From Candidatus Omnitrophota bacterium (GTDB taxonomy: Bacteria; Omnitrophota; Gorgyraeia; JABMRG01; JAFGKX01): a DNA stretch of 64,000 bases. The position numbers and the translations under genes are program-made. Shown piece after piece: positions 1 through 9,085 of this stretch (positions are counted from its first letter, which is position 1; each line of letters begins with the position of its first letter). Location of the stretch: positions 1,065 to 65,064 of the forward strand of contig JAZDPX010000022.1 of NCBI GenBank assembly GCA_043797125.1. The letters run 5' to 3'. The notes beneath the pieces are model-generated. The model saw only the letters and a program-made list of their open reading frames with translations. It was not told the origin of the DNA and did not search any database.

Positions 1-232
1 CAGGCACAAACCCGCAGCCAAGTTTGTAAGCCAAAGCGCCGCCGATGATAAATCCTCTTGCCTCTGCCGCGACTATCGTATCTATTTTTGCGTCTTTATA
101 TTTGTTGTGCAGCAGATCAACGACTTCTTTGAATTTGCCGCTGTTTTTAAGCAATGTCGTAATATCCCTGAAAAGTATTCCCTTTTTCGGAAAATCAGGT
201 ATGTTTCTGATATATTTTTTTAGTTCTTCCAT
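1..232 (-). CDS. apt: adenine phosphoribosyltransferase (partial, runs off window edge)
   Basis: Not in the ORF track. Manual translation from the ATG at 232 gives [28 protein letters not shown]...[25 protein letters not shown], a classic APRT N-terminus. Confidence 0.93.
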   Translation of the reverse strand, partial: MEELKKYIRNIPDFPKKGILFRDITTLLKNSGKFKEVVDLLHNKYKDAKIDTIVAAEARGFIIGGALAYKLGCGFVP

Positions 233-234
233 GT

Positions 235-1083
235 TCACTTCCCTTTGCTCTTTGTTCTTTGCTCTGTTCCAACCAACATGTCTCTTAACTGCTCCATTGC
301 CCTGTCCTCAATCTGCCTTACCCTCTCCTTGCTTATCCTCAAGCGCTTACCGATATCTTCAAGCGTAACAGGCTCTTTGTTGTTAAGGCCAAACCTTAGC
401 ATAAGTACCTTCTTATATCGCGGTTTTAACGCGTCTATAACCTCGCTCACCTTTTCATGCTGCAGAAGTTTGCTTATATTTTCAAACGGAGATTCCGCGG
501 ATATATCTTCAACCAAATCCAATAGCTTGCCTGCTCCGTCCTCACCGATAGGTGTTTCCAGAGATGTGGGCACAGTATCCATTGCCTGTTTTATTTCTTT
601 AATCTTGGCTACATGGATGTTTAGCTTTTTCGCAATTTCACCTGTCCTTGGCTTGCGGTGCAGTTTATGTTTAAGGTGCTCAACCATCTTTCTGTACCTG
701 CTAATGGCCTCTGCCATATAAACAGGCACGCGTATGGTCTTGCCTTGCTCTGACAATGCCCTTAATATGGCTTGTTTTATCCACCAGCTCGCGTATGTTG
801 AAAACCTGTATCCTGTCCTCGGGTCATATTTTTTCACAGCCTTCATAAGGCCGAGATTGCCTTCTTCAATTAAATCCAGAAGTGGAACGCCGAATTTAGA
901 GTATCTCTTTGCAATGTTTACAACTAAGCGCAGGTTCGATTGGATCATTTTGCGTTTTGCCCTTAAATCCCCCTTTTTAATGCGCTTGGCCAGATGTTTT
1001 TCCTCTTCAAGAGTTAAAAGAGGGGCCTTATCTATATCTTTAAGATATAGTTTTATTGCTTCGAGATCTCCTACCTGCGGCAC
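235..1083 (-). CDS. sigma-70 family RNA polymerase sigma factor (RpoD/RpoS-like, no region 1.1)
   Basis: Region 2 [12 protein letters not shown]...[14 protein letters not shown] and [13 protein letters not shown]; region 4 HTH TLEDIG...SKERVRQIE. Confidence 0.93.
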   Translation of the reverse strand: MPQVGDLEAIKLYLKDIDKAPLLTLEEEKHLAKRIKKGDLRAKRKMIQSNLRLVVNIAKRYSKFGVPLLDLIEEGNLGLMKAVKKYDPRTGYRFSTYASWWIKQAILRALSEQGKTIRVPVYMAEAISRYRKMVEHLKHKLHRKPRTGEIAKKLNIHVAKIKEIKQAMDTVPTSLETPIGEDGAGKLLDLVEDISAESPFENISKLLQHEKVSEVIDALKPRYKKVLMLRFGLNNKEPVTLEDIGKRLRISKERVRQIEDRAMEQLRDMLVGTEQRTKSKGK

Positions 1084-1084
1084 A

Positions 1085-3859
1085 TTAAACCTCTTCTTTT
1101 ATTGCTGCGTGGGCAGCTGCAAGCCTCGCAATAGGCACTCTAAACGGCGAGCAGCTTACATAATCCATTCCTACAAAATGGCAGAATTCTATGCTCGACG
1201 GATCGCCGCCATGCTCTCCGCATATGCCAACTTTTAGATTCTTGTTTGTAGAACGCCCTTTTCTTATTCCCATTGAAATAAGCTCTCCTACCCCTTCTTT
1301 ATCTATGCTCTGAAAAGGGTCTTTCGGCAATATCTTTTTCTCTATATAATCCGGCAAAAATCCTCCGATGTCATCTCTGCTAAAGCCAAATGTCATCTGC
1401 GTAAGGTCGTTTGTGCCGAATGAGAAAAACTCCGCAACTTCAGCAATTTTATCAGCTGTTATGGCTGCCCTCGGAACTTCTATCATTGTCCCGATGGAAT
1501 ATTTTATCCTTACGCTGTATCTTGCCTGGACTTCTTCTGCAACTGACTTTATTATAGCGTATTGATTTACCATTTCAGCTTTTGAGCCTATTAACGGCAC
1601 CATTATTTCAGGATATACCTTTTTGTTCTTTTTTGTAAGTTCAGCAGCTGCTTCAAGTATGGCCGTAGCCTGCATGCGCGTTATCTCAGGATATGTGATT
1701 CCAAGCCTGCATCCTCTGTGCCCTAACATCGGGTTTAATTCATGCAGCTGGCTTATTCTCTTATCCAGCATTTCAACGCTTATGCTAAGTTCTTTTGCAA
1801 GCTCCTGTTTTTTATCTTCTTCATTCGGCAAAAACTCATGAAGAGGCGGATCTAAAAGCCTTATTGTGCACGGAAGCCCTTCCATTGCCTCCAATATGCC
1901 TAAGAAGTCCTTTTTCTGATAAGGCAAGAGCTCCTTTAAAGCGCTTTCTCTGTCAGCGACATTGTTTGCGATTATCATCTTGCGCATTGATTTTATTCTG
2001 GCCGGGTCAAAAAACATATGCTCTGTCCTGCATAGGCCTATGCCTTCGGCGCCGAATCTTCTTGCTGTAGCCGCGTCTTGCGGAGTGTCTGCGTTTGTCC
2101 TTATGCCCAAAGACCTTATTGTATCGCATAGGCGTAAAAAGTACTTTAAAGAAACATTACTCTCTATGTCAGCCTCTATCAAATCGAGTTTCCCTTCATA
2201 GACATGGCCTTTTGTTCCGTTTAAAGTAATCCAGTCGCCTTCTTTAATTGTTTTGTTTTTTGAGGTAAACTGTTTTTTCGCAATATCAATGTGTATATCG
2301 CTGCAGCCTACTATGCAGCATTTGCCCCAGCCTCTTGCAACTAACGCCGCGTGCGAGGTCATGCCGCCTTTTGCGGTTAATATTGCCTGCGCTGAATGCA
2401 TGCCGTGAACATCTTCAGGCGATGTCTCTTCCCTGACTAATATAACCTTTTTGCCGTCTTTTGCCCACTTTTCTGCGTCATCTGCCGTAAAAACAGCCAT
2501 TCCAAAAGCTCCGCCAGGCCCTGCAGGCAAACCCTTTGCAATCGGTGTCAGGGCTTTTTCTTTTACAGGGTCAAGCATGGGATGAAGAAGCTCGTCTAAC
2601 TGAGACGATGTAACTCGCATAACAGCTTCTTTTGCAGTAATCTGTTTATCCTTGTGCATATCAGCGGCCATTCTTACTGCCGCGGGCCCGTTTCTTTTGC
2701 CGACGCGGCACTGCAGGATAAAAAGCACGCCCTTTTCAATTGTAAATTCTATATCCTGCATATCCTTGTAATGTGCCTCAAGCCTTTTTTGTATATTGTA
2801 AAGTTCCTTATACAGCTTAGGCATTCCCTTTTCAAGGCTCACCAGTTTCTGATTCTGCCCTGATTTGCTGTATTCATTAATAGGCGCCGGCGTCCTTATT
2901 CCTGCAACGACATCTTCGCCTTGAGCGTTGACAAGGTATTCTCCGTAAAATTCATTTTCGCCGTTTGCCGGATTTCTTGTAAACGCAACACCTGTAGCGG
3001 AATCGTCACCCATATTGCCGAATACCATGCTCTGGACATTAACAGCAGTGCCCCATTCATCAGGTATGCTTTCTATCTTTCTATAAGATATCGCGCGCTT
3101 TCCGTTCCATGAAGCGAACACAGCTTCTATCCCGCCCCAAAGCTGTTTTGTCGCGTCATCCGGAAAAGGTTCGCCCAAGACTTCTTTTATTCTTTCCTTA
3201 TAAAGCTCGCACAATTTTTTCAAATCCTTAGCCGTTAAATCAGTATCCTGCTTAACGCCGTTGTCTTTTTTCATTTTATCCATGATTCCATCGAGCTGTT
3301 TTCTTATGCCTTTGTCATCGGATTTAGGCTCGATGCCTTTTGCCTTTTCCATAACTACGTCTGAATACATGGTGATCAAACGCCTATACGCGTCATAAAC
3401 AAATCTTTCATCTTTTGTCTTTTTAACCAATCCGGGGATGGTCTTACTTGTAAGGCCCACATTAAGCACTGTCTCCATCATTCCCGGCATTGACCTCTTG
3501 GCGCCGGAGCGGACAGAAACCAAAAGCGGGTCATTAGGATCCCCGAATTTTTTGTTCATTATTGATTCTATTTTCTTAAGAGCGGAATTTAACTGTTCCT
3601 CCAGGCCGTTTGGGTAGTTCCTCTTGTTTTTGTAAAAATGCGTGCAGACCTCCGTAGTTATTGTAAAGCCGGGCGGCACAGGCAGCCTCAAGTTTGGATG
3701 CCCCGCCATTTCAGCAAGATTTGCCCCTTTTCCGCCGAGCAGGTTTTTCATTTCAGCAGCGCCGTCAGCCTTTTCTGCCCCGAAAAAATACACATATTTT
3801 GCGTTTGTTTTCGCCTTTGCGCTTTTTTTACTCTTTTTGCTAACTGCCATTGTTGCCAT
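1085..3859 (-). CDS. ppdK: pyruvate, phosphate dikinase
   Basis: LLGGKGANLAEM, VSVRSGA, phospho-His motif GGMTSHAA, GTNDLTQ, ICGEHGG. Confidence 0.97.
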   Translation of the reverse strand: MATMAVSKKSKKSAKAKTNAKYVYFFGAEKADGAAEMKNLLGGKGANLAEMAGHPNLRLPVPPGFTITTEVCTHFYKNKRNYPNGLEEQLNSALKKIESIMNKKFGDPNDPLLVSVRSGAKRSMPGMMETVLNVGLTSKTIPGLVKKTKDERFVYDAYRRLITMYSDVVMEKAKGIEPKSDDKGIRKQLDGIMDKMKKDNGVKQDTDLTAKDLKKLCELYKERIKEVLGEPFPDDATKQLWGGIEAVFASWNGKRAISYRKIESIPDEWGTAVNVQSMVFGNMGDDSATGVAFTRNPANGENEFYGEYLVNAQGEDVVAGIRTPAPINEYSKSGQNQKLVSLEKGMPKLYKELYNIQKRLEAHYKDMQDIEFTIEKGVLFILQCRVGKRNGPAAVRMAADMHKDKQITAKEAVMRVTSSQLDELLHPMLDPVKEKALTPIAKGLPAGPGGAFGMAVFTADDAEKWAKDGKKVILVREETSPEDVHGMHSAQAILTAKGGMTSHAALVARGWGKCCIVGCSDIHIDIAKKQFTSKNKTIKEGDWITLNGTKGHVYEGKLDLIEADIESNVSLKYFLRLCDTIRSLGIRTNADTPQDAATARRFGAEGIGLCRTEHMFFDPARIKSMRKMIIANNVADRESALKELLPYQKKDFLGILEAMEGLPCTIRLLDPPLHEFLPNEEDKKQELAKELSISVEMLDKRISQLHELNPMLGHRGCRLGITYPEITRMQATAILEAAAELTKKNKKVYPEIMVPLIGSKAEMVNQYAIIKSVAEEVQARYSVRIKYSIGTMIEVPRAAITADKIAEVAEFFSFGTNDLTQMTFGFSRDDIGGFLPDYIEKKILPKDPFQSIDKEGVGELISMGIRKGRSTNKNLKVGICGEHGGDPSSIEFCHFVGMDYVSCSPFRVPIARLAAAHAAIKEEV

Positions 3860-5924
3860 CCCTTTCTCCTCCCTGTATCTGGCTTAGGTCTGCTATTTGT
3901 TTTACATATAACTCATTTATGTCCTTAAGCAGTTTAAGCCTGTTATTGCGTAATTGCCCGTTATCAACATTAACCATCACTTTATCGAAAAACTTATGCG
4001 TCACATCAAAAAGCGTTTCGCCGTATACTTTTGTTGCGTTACAATAGTCGCGCTGTTTAACAGGCGGGGTAATTCTTTCTTGTGCAGCCTTAAACGCCTT
4101 AAATAGCTGGGTTTCCTCGTCCGCCTCGAATAATGAGGTATCCACTGTATTAGCAAAGCTAGATACATTTCTTGTTATGTTGTTTGTTCTTTCAACAACG
4201 CAGCGCGCCTGTTCAAAATAAAACTCGCCTATTATATTACACAAAGCTGCCAATCTCAAGAAGAAATTATAAACATCGTCAAAACCGGAGGATATTACCG
4301 CAACCGTCAGATCGTTTCTAAACTTATACTGCTCAAGCATTATAACTGACAGCCTCTCCTTAAAAAACAACATGAACTCTTTCTTAAGATTTTCCTTATT
4401 TACCGCCCCGGGCGCCATATCAAATACAGCGCCAAAAATGCTTTCCAATGACAGGTTTATCTTGCCCGATACAATAATATTTATAATAGCGATGCATTGT
4501 CTGCGAAGAGCGTATAAATCCCAGTTGCCTTTGGGCTGATTGCCTGCCTTAAAATGGCATATAACAGAATCAAATTTATCGAGCAACGCCAATATTAAAC
4601 CTAATTTAGTCTGTGGCAATTTATCTTCCGCAAAGCGCGGGCAATAATGTTCTTCTATTGCCTGGGCTATTTTTTCTTCAACGCCCTCTGCTAACGCATA
4701 ATATTTTCCCATTATTCCCTGAAGGCTCGGGAATTCTCCAACCATCTGGGTCAGCAAATCTGCCTTACACAACTCGATAGCCTTAATCAGTTTCTTATAA
4801 TCCGCATCATCCAATTCAAGCGGCGTTTTAAGAAACTCGAGCAGCCTTTTTAGCCTTTGGGCCTTATCAGCATAAGAACCTAATTCCTTATGGAATATTA
4901 CGCCGTTTAATTGTTTTGTTCTTTGGGCAAGTGAAATCTGTAAATCCTCGTTATAAAAAAACAGGGCATCTTTCAATTTTGCGTCCAAAACCTGCTCGTA
5001 ATGGCGCCTTATTACGGCCTGGCGCTTTAAGTTGCCGTTTATCACAGCGATAAATCTATTCGTCAGTTTGCCTTCCTTATCCTGTAAAGGAAATATACGC
5101 TGGTTTTTTGAAGTGCTTGCAATTAAAACTTCCTGCGGCAGCTTAAGATATTGTTTGTCGAATATACCATCGATAAAATATGGGTATTCTACAAGCCCGG
5201 CAACTTCATCAAGCAATTGCTCGTTTTTGTGCCAGTTTCTTTTTGTAAGATGGTTTAAAATAATGCTTTTTCTTTCCTGGAAGCTATAAATAACATGGTG
5301 CTTTTTAAGCTTTTTAAAAAAATCTCCTGTGTTTTTTATCGTAACCTGCTGCGGGCTTAAAAGGCGATGTCCATACGTTATATTTGAAGCAAGAAGACCG
5401 CCTATGCTGCATTTAATGACTTCATCCGCGTACACTGCCAGAATCCATCTGATCGGACGGGGAAAGAATAGAACGTCGCCGTCCCAGAGCATATTTTTAT
5501 ATGTCGAAAGCGTAGGAACAACTTTTGGTATCCTATCCGCAAGCAGTTTTTTTACTAAAACCTGTTTTTTTACCTTTATCTTTTCTTTATCGCTCGCCGG
5601 TATTTCTTCTATATCTTTTACGGTTGCATCTATCCTTCTTAAAAATCCTTCCAATGCCTTTGTCGGTTTTCCACCCTTATCAAAGGCAATCTGTTTCGGA
5701 GGGCCTATTTCAATGCTGGTGTATGAATCAGGCAAGTTTTGTATATAGATGACTATTCGTCTGGGAGTAGCAAAAACCTCAGGTTTGATATCGCCAAGCT
5801 CTGCCTTACCTAATAAGGCATCTATCAGGCTTGCCTTAACCTGAGGGTCTTCGGATATGCCTGCGACAATTTTCGCCGGCAGCTCTTCGGCGCCTATCTC
5901 TAATATAAAATCTTTCTTTTTCAC
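3840..5924 (-). CDS. glyS: glycine--tRNA ligase beta subunit
   Basis: LEIGAEELP, TPRR, RPIRW, GEFPSLQGIMG, C-terminal FFDKVMVN..RNNRL; adjacent to glyQ. Confidence 0.95.
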   Translation of the reverse strand: MKKKDFILEIGAEELPAKIVAGISEDPQVKASLIDALLGKAELGDIKPEVFATPRRIVIYIQNLPDSYTSIEIGPPKQIAFDKGGKPTKALEGFLRRIDATVKDIEEIPASDKEKIKVKKQVLVKKLLADRIPKVVPTLSTYKNMLWDGDVLFFPRPIRWILAVYADEVIKCSIGGLLASNITYGHRLLSPQQVTIKNTGDFFKKLKKHHVIYSFQERKSIILNHLTKRNWHKNEQLLDEVAGLVEYPYFIDGIFDKQYLKLPQEVLIASTSKNQRIFPLQDKEGKLTNRFIAVINGNLKRQAVIRRHYEQVLDAKLKDALFFYNEDLQISLAQRTKQLNGVIFHKELGSYADKAQRLKRLLEFLKTPLELDDADYKKLIKAIELCKADLLTQMVGEFPSLQGIMGKYYALAEGVEEKIAQAIEEHYCPRFAEDKLPQTKLGLILALLDKFDSVICHFKAGNQPKGNWDLYALRRQCIAIINIIVSGKINLSLESIFGAVFDMAPGAVNKENLKKEFMLFFKERLSVIMLEQYKFRNDLTVAVISSGFDDVYNFFLRLAALCNIIGEFYFEQARCVVERTNNITRNVSSFANTVDTSLFEADEETQLFKAFKAAQERITPPVKQRDYCNATKVYGETLFDVTHKFFDKVMVNVDNGQLRNNRLKLLKDINELYVKQIADLSQIQGGERDGNNGS

Positions 5925-5961
5925 TATTTCCTCTATACTGCTAAGCCAAGTTTTAATAATG

Positions 5962-6005
5962 GATTGCTTCGTCGCCTGAAGAGAGCACAGGCTCCTCGCA
6001 ATGAC
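5962..6005. repeat. GATTGCTTCG...CTCGCAATGAC REP-like palindromic element, copy 1
   Basis: gattgcttcgtcgcctg...caggctcctcgcaatgac; same termini as 12865..12902. Confidence 0.75.
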
Positions 6006-6042
6006 GCAGCAAGGCTTCGCTCACAATCAGTAACACCTGCGT

Positions 6043-6212
6043 TAGTGAGGCTTTGGCAATGCGAGGTGCATTAGAAATTTTTTTCCAAATGTCTTTTTAG
6101 AACTTATGGCGCGGGAACGGCTAAGATTCCTTATTCTAGGGAAAGTGACCAAGCCATAAGTTCAAAAAGACGGAAAAAAATTTCAGCACCGAACATTGTC
6201 AAAGCCGAACTA
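6043..6212 (+). repeat. long imperfect hairpin element, family A copy 1
   Basis: Nested inverted repeats such as gtctttttagaacttatggc/gccataagttcaaaaagac; homologous to 49071..49239. Confidence 0.85.
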
Positions 6213-7049
6213 TCAACGTTCCGTATACGCCTTCGCGCAGCCTATCGCCAGCTTCCTTACTCTCGCAATATAAGCCGCCCTCTCATTCACGCTTATCGCT
6301 CCCCGCGCGTCAAGCAGATTAAATACATGGGATGTCTTTAACATATTCTCGTAAGCGGGTAAAAGTAAATTTTCTTTTAAAAGCCTGCTTGATTCAGCTT
6401 CATACATATCAAATAATTTCAAAAGCATTGCCGGATCGGTTTTGTGAAAATTATATTCAGAGCCTTCCTTTTCGCCTTGCCTGTGCATATCAGCGTAGGT
6501 TGTATCCTTATTCCATTTTATCTTAAACACATCATCCACGCCCTGCAGGAACATGCATATGCGCTCTAAGCCGTATGTCAATTCGCATGGTATAACCTTA
6601 AGCGGTATTGAGCCCATCTGCTGAAAATAAGTGTACTGGGTAATTTCAAGGCTGTCTAACCATACCTCCCAGCCTAAACCGCTTGCCCCTAGAGTCGGTG
6701 ATTCCCAATCATCCTCGACAAACCTTATATCATGCTCTTTTCTCTTTATGCCTAAAAACTCAAGGCTGCTAAGATACAAATCCTGTATGCCTTTAGGATT
6801 AGGCTTAATAATCACCTGATATTGATAATATCTCTGCATCCTAAGGGGATTATCAGCATATCTTCCGTCGGTGGGCCTTCTTGAAGGCTGGACAAAAGCA
6901 ACCTTCCAAGGCTTATCATCCAATGATTTAAAAAAAGTCATAGGATGAAACGTGCCTGCGCCTACCTCTATATCCTGTGGTTGTGCGATGACACAGCCCT
7001 GTTTTTTCCAAAACTCATCAAGCTTGCTTATTAGATCCTGAAAGTACAT
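6213..7049 (-). CDS. glyQ: glycine--tRNA ligase alpha subunit
   Basis: [38 protein letters not shown]. Confidence 0.97.
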   Translation of the reverse strand: MYFQDLISKLDEFWKKQGCVIAQPQDIEVGAGTFHPMTFFKSLDDKPWKVAFVQPSRRPTDGRYADNPLRMQRYYQYQVIIKPNPKGIQDLYLSSLEFLGIKRKEHDIRFVEDDWESPTLGASGLGWEVWLDSLEITQYTYFQQMGSIPLKVIPCELTYGLERICMFLQGVDDVFKIKWNKDTTYADMHRQGEKEGSEYNFHKTDPAMLLKLFDMYEAESSRLLKENLLLPAYENMLKTSHVFNLLDARGAISVNERAAYIARVRKLAIGCAKAYTER

Positions 7050-7070
7050 AGCGAACTCCCTTTCCGGCGT

Positions 7071-7151
7071 TTTAATTCAAAATTCAAAATATAAAATGTA
7101 AAATTACAATTTAAAATTCTAAATTATTTAAAAATTTTTAATTTTGAATTT
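7071..7151. repeat. AT-rich degenerate heptamer array (AAATTCA-type) with inverted arm
   Basis: aaattca/aaatata/aaatgta units followed by ttttgaatt; same family at 12806, 55568 and 60343. Confidence 0.75.
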
Positions 7152-7907
7152 CTACGCGCCTATCCCGACAGCCTTAATGAACCTCGCGCTCTTAAGGTGC
7201 TCGCCAAGCTGGTAATCTATAAACCTCTCTAACAATTCAGAAATCTGTTTTCGTAAATCCCTGCTTATGCTTATGCGCGATAAATTTGGGGTTTGAGTCT
7301 TTGCAAGCATGCGCATAGAGGCAACAGCCCCGTCTGATACAGCAAAAGATTGCACGTCAGCTCCAAGGCATTTTCCGCAAAGAAGGCCGCCAAACCTTAC
7401 GCTAAAATTACCTTGCCTCATAAGCGGGCTTTCGCAGTTTACACAAGCCTCTAACTGCGGCATGAGGCCAAGCAGTTTCAAAAAATTTATCTGAAACGCC
7501 ATTACTACTTTATCAATAAAATGTTCTGAATTGAGGGATTTTAGCGTTTCCAAAAGCAGCAAATAAATGCGGCTGTTTTTGTCCTCTAAAGGAGTAAGCT
7601 TATCGACCAGCTCTACCATATAATAAGCCCACAGCCTTCTCTCTAAATCTATATTAAGCTGTTTGAATGCTTCTTTAAGGTCGCATTCTGAAATGGTGTA
7701 TATGTCTTTTCTCTTTTTCTCATAATATACAATATCATAATCAGCGAATTCATGCAGATAGGCCCCGAATACCGCGTTTGGCCCGCGCACGCCTTTTATC
7801 AGGCCTTTAATCTTGCCGAAGTCCTGTGTATAAAAGCTAACTATGCAACTTGTCTCTCTGGTCTCTTTTCTGCTAAGCAACAGGGCTTGAGTTTTTTGTA
7901 TGGCCAT
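7152..7907 (-). CDS. recO: DNA repair protein RecO
   Basis: N-terminal OB-fold pattern, CxxC...CxxC zinc motif, canonical position before glyQ. Confidence 0.92.
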   Translation of the reverse strand: MAIQKTQALLLSRKETRETSCIVSFYTQDFGKIKGLIKGVRGPNAVFGAYLHEFADYDIVYYEKKRKDIYTISECDLKEAFKQLNIDLERRLWAYYMVELVDKLTPLEDKNSRIYLLLLETLKSLNSEHFIDKVVMAFQINFLKLLGLMPQLEACVNCESPLMRQGNFSVRFGGLLCGKCLGADVQSFAVSDGAVASMRMLAKTQTPNLSRISISRDLRKQISELLERFIDYQLGEHLKSARFIKAVGIGA

Positions 7908-8615
7908 TTAAGCCTGCGAGAATATCTGGTATACAAGAATCGTTATAATGCATCCGAGAAGAGCGCCAATAAAGACCTCCCAAAAACTGTGCAGGCCTTT
8001 GCGTACCCTGCTTTGCGACACAAGCATCGCTAAAATCAAGGCAAGCACAGAAATCAGGGCATTGCCCGAAGCAAACGCTATTATTGTGCTCATTGAAAAA
8101 GATACTGCGGCATGCCCGCTTGGCATCCCGCCTTTTAAGGGCGTGCCCTTATGAAAAAGCGCTTTTGTCAAAATTACTATTGCGGTGATTAATATCAATG
8201 CCAAAAAAGTGATATGCCAGTTCGACTGCCTCAACCTGAACATTGCGGCGCTGAATTCCTTAAATATATCATGCTTAATAAATAAAAAATAGGATATGAC
8301 AACAGCGTTTATGGAGGCTATTAATACGGTGCCTGCTGATACATCCTTTATAATTTTTATCCTCTGGTCTCTAACATTCACCAGCCTGTCCAGTAGAAAT
8401 TCGATTCCGGTATTAAACATCTCCGCCACAAGCACAAAGGTTATTGTAAGGCATAAAATCATAATTTCTATCCTGTTAAAATTTAAGTATACCCCGGCAA
8501 TAATCACAAGCACAGCTATGATAAAATGAATACGCATGTTTCTCTGCGTCTTCAGCGTGTGCAGAAAACCCTCTATGGCGGCATTAAAACTATCGACTAT
8601 CTTTGGCTTTTCCAT
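7908..8615 (-). CDS. dgkA: diacylglycerol/undecaprenol kinase fused to a PAP2 phosphatase domain
   Basis: QRNMRIH, EMFNTGIE, KDVSAG (DgkA), then GMPSGHAA and SRVRKGLHSFWEV (PAP2). Confidence 0.88.
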   Translation of the reverse strand: MEKPKIVDSFNAAIEGFLHTLKTQRNMRIHFIIAVLVIIAGVYLNFNRIEIMILCLTITFVLVAEMFNTGIEFLLDRLVNVRDQRIKIIKDVSAGTVLIASINAVVISYFLFIKHDIFKEFSAAMFRLRQSNWHITFLALILITAIVILTKALFHKGTPLKGGMPSGHAAVSFSMSTIIAFASGNALISVLALILAMLVSQSRVRKGLHSFWEVFIGALLGCIITILVYQIFSQA

Positions 8616-9085
8616 AAAAGACTTACAAGCTCGCCTTCTTTTTTTCGCATTTTTTGCGAATCTTTCGTTTTTAAATCGCCATACCCTAACAGGTGCAAAA
8701 TTCCGTGAGCTATGTAAAGCATAATCTCGCTCTTGAAAGACGTGTTAAACCTTTTAGAATTTGTCATTGCCTTTTGCGGGCATATAACTATATCGCCCAA
8801 ATAATTATCAAAGGCCCTGCTTTTAAACCTGCCAGGGTTTATGGCTATTACGTCGGTTATTGTATTTTTTTTGAAATACTCGCCGTTAAGGCGCCTGATT
8901 CTGTAAGATGATACAAATATCAGGGATATAAAAGAACTCTTTGGCTGCTTAAGATATTTTAAAAATTTAAAAGCGGCCTTTTTTATCATATTTTCATCCA
9001 TCCTGACCTTATTCTGAAGATTAAGAATCTCTATCGTCACTTTTATTGCTTTTCTTAGGCTGCCTACCGCCATTCGGGTATTCAA
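8597..9085 (-). CDS. ybeY: rRNA maturation endoribonuclease YbeY (true start probably downstream of 9085)
   Basis: TDVI, LGDIVIC, HGILHLLGY metal-binding motif; conserved gene context. Confidence 0.88.
   Translation of the reverse strand: MNTRMAVGSLRKAIKVTIEILNLQNKVRMDENMIKKAAFKFLKYLKQPKSSFISLIFVSSYRIRRLNGEYFKKNTITDVIAINPGRFKSRAFDNYLGDIVICPQKAMTNSKRFNTSFKSEIMLYIAHGILHLLGYGDLKTKDSQKMRKKEGELVSLLWKSQR

Noticed and set aside
235-1083. Calling this gene the primary rpoD
   Set aside because: It is only 282 aa, lacks region 1.1 and has no adjacent dnaG. Left as sigma-70 family.
6043-6212. T-box or glycine riboswitch between glyQ and glyS
   Set aside because: No T-box consensus was seen, and a homologous element occurs at the unrelated lipB locus.
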